A stretch of DNA of 21,512 nt from Chlamydiota bacterium. GTDB lineage: Bacteria > Chlamydiota > Chlamydiia > Chlamydiales > SM23-39. Positions 11,468-18,314 of this stretch are shown one piece after another. Each line of letters starts with the position of its first letter. Position 1 is the stretch's first letter. The notes beneath the pieces are model-generated. The model made no database searches. It was not told the origin of the DNA and was given only the letters and a program-made list of their open reading frames with translations. A program made the position numbers and the translations under genes. The DNA lies in NCBI GenBank assembly GCA_038534095.1, contig JBCAXK010000028.1, forward strand, positions 1-21,512, given 5' to 3'.

Positions 11468-12232
11468 TTTCTACAGTTACAGGAAGATATTGACCTAGAG
11501 CATTTTGCATCTAGAGTAAGAGGCGTTTTCCAAAACATCAATGACCCTGGGTAGAGCAAAAAAATACACTATTTATTTTTGTCAAAAATTTTTTATTACA
11601 ATCTATCCTTGGATCTTCAAATTTTTCACAGAATTGTTTCCGTTCTTCTATAAGCGAGGTCTGCTCCCTTCTGCTAGATCATGATCAAACAGAAGGCATG
11701 GGCTCTCGTATTTATATAATAAAATTTTTATATGCGATCGTCCTGGTAGCTATCTTCCTTTTTATCAATAGACACTAAAAAATATGCTTTTTTAAAAAGC
11801 TCCCTGTGGAATGTCGAATAATAGATGTAAATTCTCTCCAAAAAAATCCACTGAATAAAATAATTTTAAACAGAACATACAACATATGTTTATTTAAATA
11901 TAAAATTTACCAAGTAGTTTTCAAATAAAAGCCTTGTTTTTCATGACAAAAAACCACCATAGAAAGGAGGTCATTCTTTTCAATACTACTTTGGAAAACG
12001 CCTCTAGACACTTCGATGTTCTCAAATATTTGAAAGTTTGTTTCAACGCCTTCTGTTTTATTCGATAAAAAAAGTTCTTACGCGAAAAAAGGATTTCATT
12101 TTAGATCACAAAAATTTACGAACAAATATTTTATTTTTTTAATTTTAATAAAAAATAAATCGTTTTGTATATGAAATATGTTATTAAAAAAAGAAAAAAC
12201 GTATAATTCGATTTAAAAAATTCAAGGCAATT

Positions 12233-12928
12233 ATGGAAATTTCAGGATCTAGTTCAGTCTATTGCAATTTATGTTCTACAATTTTTTCCCGAGCGCGTCC
12301 AACATTTGATCACATTAAGCAACTAGTATGTCGTATTTTCCGTAGGATAGTTGCTATATTTTGCTCTCTTAATCTCTGTAATTGGGGAACAAAAAAACCA
12401 GAAGAGCCCAATCTCAACATTCCTCTTTTATCTTTACCTAGTCCCACAAACAACAAGGAAGTAAGAATCCTTCCAGAAGATACTCTCTCAAACTCCGCAA
12501 CTGCGCCTAACACCCCTGTAGTAAACCCCTCTTCTGGAAAAGGACAATCCGCCGATCCAACAGATCACAATCTAAAAAATGTTTTTAGTTCTAAGGTCGA
12601 AGCAGATGGGTTGGGAGTGAACCTAGCTCCTAACTCTCCTTTACCCTTATTTAGCCCAATCAAAGACGTAACAAAAAACTGTTTGCAAGATATTCCCTCC
12701 AAATCTGCAACGACCCCGAATACTCCCGTAGTAACACCCTCTTCTACAAAAGCACCGCCTATCCAGCAGATAAATTACAATCTGAAAAGCGCTCCTATTT
12801 CTAAAGCTCAAGGAGATACACCTATAAATACACCTGATCAAGATCAGGCAGATAGATTTGGACCAGTAACGATAGAAGACGTCTCTGAAGAAGATTACGA
12901 AAAATGGCTAAGGGAGCAACAAACCTAA
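12233..12928 (+). CDS. Pro/Ser/Thr-rich, probably disordered orphan protein (candidate type III effector)
   Basis: 231 aa with TATAAT at 12202-12207 upstream. N-terminal Cys-containing amphipathic helix, in-frame internal duplication at 210-bp offset and acidic C-terminus. Confidence 0.75.
   Translation: MEISGSSSVYCNLCSTIFSRARPTFDHIKQLVCRIFRRIVAIFCSLNLCNWGTKKPEEPNLNIPLLSLPSPTNNKEVRILPEDTLSNSATAPNTPVVNPSSGKGQSADPTDHNLKNVFSSKVEADGLGVNLAPNSPLPLFSPIKDVTKNCLQDIPSKSATTPNTPVVTPSSTKAPPIQQINYNLKSAPISKAQGDTPINTPDQDQADRFGPVTIEDVSEEDYEKWLREQQT
12476..12805 (+). repeat. Diverged internal duplication (70-aa period)
   Basis: EDTLSNSATAPNTPVVNPSSGKGQSADPTDHNLKNVFSSK (12476-12595) versus QDIPSKSATTPNTPVVTPSSTKAPPIQQINYNLKSAPISK (12686-12805): 20/40 identical with no gaps. 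Confidence 0.9.
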
Positions 12929-13250
12929 CGGTTGTACAAACAGGCACTTTTTCATAAAGAGAGCTCTTGTTTTGGAGCGCATACCTCTTTTAAAAAAGCC
13001 TCTTTAGGAAGGTGTTTTTCTTGTAAAGGCAGCTTAAGTAGCAGGCTTTTGATGTATCTCTATTTTACGCAGACTGTTCCTATGAAGAGACAAACTGCGT
13101 GCGCATCTGTGGCTAATTTCGAACATTTTGTCACAAATCTCTCTTTCTCTGTAGGTTGCTTGTATAAATCACTTTTTCATAGTGTTTTAAAATAGAAATG
13201 CTGTTTTAACGCATATTCTCTAGAGAATTGAATGCTTAAAATTATTTATA

Positions 13251-13279
13251 TTGATTTTTTACTATTTTTATAGTAAAAT
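13251..13279 (+). promoter_or_regulatory. Putative sigma66 promoter with overlapping 9-4-9 palindrome
   Basis: TTGATT (13251-13256)-17 nt-TAAAAT (13274-13279). Inverted repeat TTTTACTAT-TTTT-ATAGTAAAA at 13257-13278. Confidence 0.55.
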
Positions 13280-13288
13280 AAAAGAGTT

Positions 13289-13435
13289 ATGATTAAAAAA
13301 ACAAAAGAAAAAACCCCTCAAAAAAGGGGCAAAAAGAAAACAGAAACAAACGAGCAAGATCCCGGCAAAATCTTAACTGCTGAAGGCTGGAAGCGGCGTA
13401 AGGTCAATACAAGACAGAATCTTCCTGAAAAATAA
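13289..13435 (+). CDS. Small Lys/Arg-rich protein (48 aa), below the ORF-track cutoff
   Basis: ATG 13289 to TAA 13433-13435: MIKKTKEKTPQKRGKKKTETNEQDPGKILTAEGWKRRKVNTRQNLPEK. A promoter lies directly upstream; the ORF overlaps the parA 3' end by 32 nt. Confidence 0.55.
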   Translation: MIKKTKEKTPQKRGKKKTETNEQDPGKILTAEGWKRRKVNTRQNLPEK

Positions 13436-14174
13436 GCTCTTTGGCTAAAGAACGGTAGTCAGACGCTCCGTAACAGGCAGGCGCATCTTGAATAATGGGA
13501 AGCATACGTAGTGGCGCTTCGGCTAGCTTCACATTTTCCCGGATGAACGTTTGATACAGCTTATCTTGAAACCTTGATTTCAGCTGATTCAACACTTCTT
13601 TCGAGTGCTTGGTTCTATGATCGACTCTGCATGCTAAGATGCCCGCCAATTTCAACGAAGGATTGATTTTTTCTTTCACAAGCTGGATGGTTTTTAAAAG
13701 CTGGAGAAGGCCGTGCAAAGCCATTACATGCGTCACAACAGGAACCATCACTTCAAAAGCCACGGAAAAAGCGTTCAAAACGAGCATCCCTAAGTTCGGG
13801 GGACAATCAAACAGCACATAGTCCCACGGTTTTTCTTTGATCGAGTCAAATTTTTTTTTAAGGTTTTTCTCACTATGTAACGATCGATTCAGCACCTTTT
13901 CTACGGTAGAGATCATTGGAGAGGAAGGGATCACCTCAATATTTTTGATCTTTGTGCTAACGATGGCACTAGATAAAGGGGCGTCTCCTGTTAGCAGATG
14001 AAAAAGTGGTTTTCCTTGATCTTTTAGTCCAAACCAAAGAGAAGCCGATGCTTGGGGATCTAAATCGATGAGTAGAATTTTTTTCGAGGACTCGGCTAAA
14101 GCAGCTGCTAAATTCACCGCTGTTGTCGTTTTACCCGACCCCCCTTTTTGATTTACAATCGCAATTTTTCTCAT
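13404..14174 (-). CDS. parA: ParA/Soj family ATPase with no adjacent parB
   Basis: Deviant Walker A NQKGGSGKTTT, LLIDLDPQAS, Walker B YVLFDCPPNLG, plus Soj-like DHRT and IRENVKLAEAP. No N-terminal HTH (type Ib). Confidence 0.9.
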   Translation of the reverse strand: MRKIAIVNQKGGSGKTTTAVNLAAALAESSKKILLIDLDPQASASLWFGLKDQGKPLFHLLTGDAPLSSAIVSTKIKNIEVIPSSPMISTVEKVLNRSLHSEKNLKKKFDSIKEKPWDYVLFDCPPNLGMLVLNAFSVAFEVMVPVVTHVMALHGLLQLLKTIQLVKEKINPSLKLAGILACRVDHRTKHSKEVLNQLKSRFQDKLYQTFIRENVKLAEAPLRMLPIIQDAPACYGASDYRSLAKELIFQEDSVLY

Positions 14175-14324
14175 AGCTAGTCACGCAAGTCCATTTAAAA
14201 TCACATATATAATTTTTGCTAATATCCGAGTAGAAAAATATCGAAAGAATTCTAGACCTTTTCTTGCACGTGGATTTTTAATGACTGATTGAGTAAATTC
14301 ATCCTTTTAGCATAAGGAATAAAC

Positions 14325-15242
14325 ATGCAAAGAGACTTAAAGAAAAAACGGGCGTTCATCGCCGGAGTAGGCGATGACCAAGGCTTTGGATTTGCTATTG
14401 CCAAAGCTCTATACGAAGAAGGAGCCGATGTGTACCTTGGCGTTTGGACGCCTATCTATAAGATTTTCATGAACTCTTGGAACGCTGGAAAATTTGATCA
14501 AGCTCGCACTTGCAAAAATGGAGAGCTTTTTTCTTTTATCAAAGCGTATCCTATGGACGCTCTTTACGATACAATGGAAACGGTTCCCCAAAGCGTTCGA
14601 GAGAACAAACGTTACGCTCATGAAAACCATTATGCCATCAAAGAGCTGAGCGAAGAAGTTACTAGAGACGCTGGCACAATCGATATCCTTATCCATTCTC
14701 TTGCGAATGCTCCTGAGGTAAAAAAACCTTTGTTAGATACCTCGAGAGAGGGGTATTTATCTGCTTTGAGCTCTTCTTCCTATTCTCTCATTAGTTTGGT
14801 GCAACATTTTGCTCCCAAAATGCCGAAAAATAGCGCTATTTTATCTCTGAGTTATATTGCTTCGAAGCGGGCTATTCCTAAGTATGGAGGAGGGATGAGC
14901 TCTGCAAAAGCGGCTTTAGAAAGCGACGTACGGACTCTTGCCTACGAAATTGGAAAAAAATGGGGACAAAGAATCAACTGCATCTCTGCAGGACCTCTCC
15001 GATCAAGAGCTGCTAAAGCGATTGGGATGATCGACGATATGATTCTTTATGCAAGAAATAACGCTCCCTTAGAAAAAGATCTCGACGCTAAAGAAGTAGC
15101 TGAGGCAGCGGTATTTCTTGTCTCTCCGTTATCCTCTGCAATTACAGGCGTAACACTTTTTGTAGACAATGGGCTTCACGCGATGGGCATTGCTGAAGAT
15201 AGCGCTTCGTTACAAAAAACGCCGAGCGCTATTGGATCTTGA
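14325..15242 (+). CDS. fabI: Enoyl-ACP reductase (NADH), chlamydial/plant-type
   Basis: AFIAGVGDDQGFG, IDILIHSLANAPEV, catalytic YGGGMSSAKAALESD, ISAGPLRSRAAKAIG and ITGVTLFVDNG. AAGGA Shine-Dalgarno upstream. Confidence 0.96.
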   Translation: MQRDLKKKRAFIAGVGDDQGFGFAIAKALYEEGADVYLGVWTPIYKIFMNSWNAGKFDQARTCKNGELFSFIKAYPMDALYDTMETVPQSVRENKRYAHENHYAIKELSEEVTRDAGTIDILIHSLANAPEVKKPLLDTSREGYLSALSSSSYSLISLVQHFAPKMPKNSAILSLSYIASKRAIPKYGGGMSSAKAALESDVRTLAYEIGKKWGQRINCISAGPLRSRAAKAIGMIDDMILYARNNAPLEKDLDAKEVAEAAVFLVSPLSSAITGVTLFVDNGLHAMGIAEDSASLQKTPSAIGS

Positions 15243-16458
15243 AGGAAACCAAGAGAGTCGTTTCTGGCTGATGGCGTAAGGACCGGATAGCGAGCATGCT
15301 ATCTCGGCGCCCCTCAGGAGCTAGCTCCTGAGGGCGTGATCCTCGCAAGAGGTGGCCTGTGAAGTCTCCGCTTCCCGATGCAAGCTTCCAAACCATTTCT
15401 ATCGAAAAAGCACTAGAGACAATGGAAATCACGTCACCTAAACGAAATAAAGAAGACCTTTTTCCGTTGACATGGACCTGGGTCTCCTTGGCATAGTTCC
15501 AAAACGCTTTTGCGACAAATGGGAGCTTGGGATCAGAAACAACTACAGGAAACGTTGCCTGATCCCCCAGAAACCTGCACCCCTTTTCTGAGAAAAAAAA
15601 CCGGGATTTCTCACCAATCACATGCAGCGCATCTAGAGAGGTTAAGCGTACATGTTCCTTAGTTTCTTGGATCTTCCAGTCTTTGTAGGACTCTCTCCTT
15701 TTAGGTATTTCGGGTAAGGAGATAAGGAGAGCCCCTTCTAAACAAAGGGGGTCTTCTACCCCCTCTAAAGAAGGGCGAAAAAAGAGATCCATATGGGTGA
15801 AAAGACGCTTTCCTTCCCGCTCTTTTTCTCCGTTCATCGGTCCCATGTATCCAAATCGGGGATGGTAAAAAGAAGCGATTTCGGCTAAAGCAGTTGCTGA
15901 ACTTGGAAAAGCTGCCTGCAAAAAACAGTAGTGCTCTCCCCACTCGGCAGCAGAAGAGAAGCCGTACACCTCTAGATCTTCCTTTTGAGAAAAGAACTGC
16001 CCCCTCTCCCCTTGCCTATAGTGCTGCGCGCACGCAAGCCAGCGCTTTTCGATAAGAGTCTTGACCTGTTTTTGCAAGCAATCCTCTAAGCGCTTACAAG
16101 CATTTTCCCAAGGAGCGTAAGTTGAGGGCTGCAAAATAGGCTTCATATGCGCAATGATCTGCGCAAGACACAGGAAGATCTTAAGGCCAGCTTTAGTAGA
16201 ATAAGCATGGGGGTAGTCGTGCAAATACTCAGGAAAGGCTCCCTCCCCATTTTGAAAATGGAGCAACCTGTTGATCTTTTTGATCGCAGTTAAGGCCAGG
16301 TCTTTTTGTTTAGATTTACAACACGCCAAAGCAAAACACCACTCTTGGGTAAGATCTATACGCTCATCAAATTGGATAAAGCGAGTTTTTTCCGATGTGT
16401 AGTTTTCCCCGAGCGTGAGGGCTTTTTGTAAAATCTGTTTTTTCTTTTCTATTTGCAC
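15229..16458 (-). CDS. Hypothetical protein (409 aa), helical N-half and beta-rich C-half
   Basis: Long ORF with GTG start, overlapping the fabI stop by 14 nt. RLLHFQNGEGAFP resembles the QxxxGxF motif of alpha/alpha-toroid proteins. No confident family call. Confidence 0.75.
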   Translation of the reverse strand: MQIEKKKQILQKALTLGENYTSEKTRFIQFDERIDLTQEWCFALACCKSKQKDLALTAIKKINRLLHFQNGEGAFPEYLHDYPHAYSTKAGLKIFLCLAQIIAHMKPILQPSTYAPWENACKRLEDCLQKQVKTLIEKRWLACAQHYRQGERGQFFSQKEDLEVYGFSSAAEWGEHYCFLQAAFPSSATALAEIASFYHPRFGYMGPMNGEKEREGKRLFTHMDLFFRPSLEGVEDPLCLEGALLISLPEIPKRRESYKDWKIQETKEHVRLTSLDALHVIGEKSRFFFSEKGCRFLGDQATFPVVVSDPKLPFVAKAFWNYAKETQVHVNGKRSSLFRLGDVISIVSSAFSIEMVWKLASGSGDFTGHLLRGSRPQELAPEGRRDSMLAIRSLRHQPETTLLVSFKIQ

Positions 16459-16694
16459 AAAAACTTTGTATCGATAGGATATTTAAGAAATAGTGTAACA
16501 CAGACGATATTATCGATAAAAAAGGAAGAAAACCTTTCTAATAAAATGTGGTAAAAATTGTTCTTTTCAAAAGGCTTCTTAAGGGTAAATGCCTATTTTT
16601 CCACAAGGAATCAAACCTTACCAGGCTAACCCCTCCTTTTCTTCCTTGTTTAGGATGGTCTTTTTTTGCTAAATTTAAGACAATGATTTCGAAT

Positions 16695-17159
16695 ATGGCA
16701 CTTCTCTCATCCTTTCAAAAAATCTTTGTTGATAAAGACCCTTTTTTATCGGACGGCTTTATCCACGCCGAAGAAATCAACGGAACTCCTTTTCTAAATC
16801 CGGCAACGCCCTCTCTTTTTCGGTTAGTTGCTTCCCTTTGTCTTCTTTTTCTCTTGTTGATTGCTATTCTTTGGCTCTTTCGACGTCTTAGCGTTCCTCA
16901 TTACAAACAGGGACTCCACAAAGAGCGAATCACGATTTTAGAAACAAAAGCCATCAGTCAGAAAACCACACTCTACCTGATCAAAATCCAGGGGAGCAAG
17001 ATTTTGATTGCTGAGTCACAAGTCAACACAGGCACTCTTTTAGAAGACACGGTTAAGCCTTTTGAGCCTCAGAAAAATCAAGAACCCTCCACTTCTCCTT
17101 CCGCAAAGGCTGAAAACAAAGCGCAGAATAAAAACAGTTCTTTTGACTCGCGCTCGTAA
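16695..17159 (+). CDS. fliO: FliO/MopB-family membrane protein
   Basis: One transmembrane helix (LVASLCLLFLLLIAILWLF) then RR and ITILETKAISQKTTLYLIKIQGSKILIAES, the FliO beta pattern. ATG at 16695 or 16683 is more plausible than the GTG at 16548, since a TTGTTT-18-TAAATT promoter-like element lies at 16646-16675. Confidence 0.7.
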   Translation: MALLSSFQKIFVDKDPFLSDGFIHAEEINGTPFLNPATPSLFRLVASLCLLFLLLIAILWLFRRLSVPHYKQGLHKERITILETKAISQKTTLYLIKIQGSKILIAESQVNTGTLLEDTVKPFEPQKNQEPSTSPSAKAENKAQNKNSSFDSRS

Positions 17160-17841
17160 AAATGCGAGCCAATTGCTTGACTGTTCGACAAAACTCCTCT
17201 TCTACTGTTTTTGAGGGATGGTTTTTTTCATCTTTTGCTATCAGATAACGGATATCTTGTTGCTTTTCTGCCCGCTGTAAAAGGTATCTCTCACATTTGG
17301 CCACAAGCCGGCGACCATGTAGCGGAGAGAAGCTTGCGCAGATAGCGGCTAAAGCTATGATGGGCGTTGCGATGAAAATCATACAGATATCAAATAATTT
17401 CGCAAAACAATCAGAAATAAACAGCGGAGTCTCTGCTACAAGAATCACGCCTTTTTTTAGCAGAGCAGATCCCTTAGAAAAGTTCCACATAGCTAGATGT
17501 CCCAAACCCTTGACAATAGAAAAAATCCCCTGAACGCATCCAATTACACGGATAGCAAACAGCGAAACAATCCGGGCAACCGACCAAACGATTCTTCCAG
17601 CAGAGAGGAAAAAATTTCCAAACGATAAAAAGATCGCTACCGTCCGGATCTGATCTACGGGTAAAAACAGGTAAAGCTCTTCCGAGGATTTATGCCTCCA
17701 AGCCTCCATTTTCTTCCCACCTGTACTCTCAATTTCAACATGATCAAATCCACACGAGTCTTCAGGACAACAAAACCACGGTCCTACTGCTTTTAAATAC
17801 GCCTCCCCTACAGCTTGCGGACTATCTTCAATCATTGACAT
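17053..17841 (-). CDS. Hypothetical membrane protein with extended hydrophobic hairpins (Inc-like candidate)
   Basis: Hydrophobic blocks LFLPV...VAIFLSFGNFFLS...IVSLFAIRVIGCVQGIFSIV and LFDICMIFIATPIIALAAICASF, followed by PLHGRRLVAKCER and ALCFQPL. GGAG 9 nt before ATG 17841 favours that start over the TTG at 17856. Confidence 0.7.
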   Translation of the reverse strand: MSMIEDSPQAVGEAYLKAVGPWFCCPEDSCGFDHVEIESTGGKKMEAWRHKSSEELYLFLPVDQIRTVAIFLSFGNFFLSAGRIVWSVARIVSLFAIRVIGCVQGIFSIVKGLGHLAMWNFSKGSALLKKGVILVAETPLFISDCFAKLFDICMIFIATPIIALAAICASFSPLHGRRLVAKCERYLLQRAEKQQDIRYLIAKDEKNHPSKTVEEEFCRTVKQLARIFTSASQKNCFYSALCFQPLRKEKWRVLDFSEAQKA

Positions 17842-18247
17842 GAACGTTATCTCCAAAAAAAATTCTTCAAGAATTTATCTGATTAGAACATTTTTCATAA
17901 AGAGAAAAGTAAAAAATAAAAATATTTTTATTTTTCGCTCTTTTTCGCTTAATTTAAAAAATGATTTATTAACAAATATTTATTTTATTATTCTTTCTTT
18001 TTAATAAAAACTTAATAAAAAAATTATTGAATACTTACAAATAGGGATTGTGTAGATGCAAACGTATTGAAAAAAACCATTCTCTCCCCATTTCCCTTGC
18101 CTGAGGAAAAATAAAGATCGCAAATGAATTACTAGGCATTGGCGATCTTCACATATGCGAAGCCACTCTTTTCAAACTTGTCATCATCTTTTCGCATGAA
18201 CAAGAAATGGTAAAAAATTTTATTATAATAAGATAAAGAACTAAAAA

Positions 18248-18276
18248 TTGATAATATAATTAAAAACATGTATAAT
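18248..18276 (+). promoter_or_regulatory. Putative sigma66 promoter
   Basis: TTGATA (18248-18253)-17 nt-TATAAT (18271-18276), 38 nt upstream of ATG 18315. Confidence 0.65.
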
Positions 18277-18314
18277 TATTACAAATTTCAAATAAATCAA
18301 TAAAATTTTAGATT

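Noticed and set aside
11959..11971. AGAAAGGAGGT as a perfect Shine-Dalgarno site or a 16S rRNA 3'-end fragment
   Set aside because: No start codon at suitable spacing and no further rRNA-like sequence; too short to support either call.
12932..13195. 87-aa ORF downstream of the Pro-rich gene
   Set aside because: TTG start, no SD, atypical Phe/Ser/Cys-rich composition and no motif; probably non-coding.
13404..14174. parA plus IS as evidence of an integrated plasmid or prophage
   Set aside because: No integrase, replication, pgp, conjugation or phage structural genes and no att-like repeats; core genes are interspersed throughout.
16656..16670. Sigma54 promoter (TGG...TTGC) before the fliO-like gene
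   Set aside because: The GG to GC spacing is 9 nt, not the strict 10 nt required.
16548..16694. N-terminal extension of the FliO ORF from GTG 16548
   Set aside because: It looks like translated intergenic sequence and contains a promoter-like element; downstream ATGs give a more typical FliO length.
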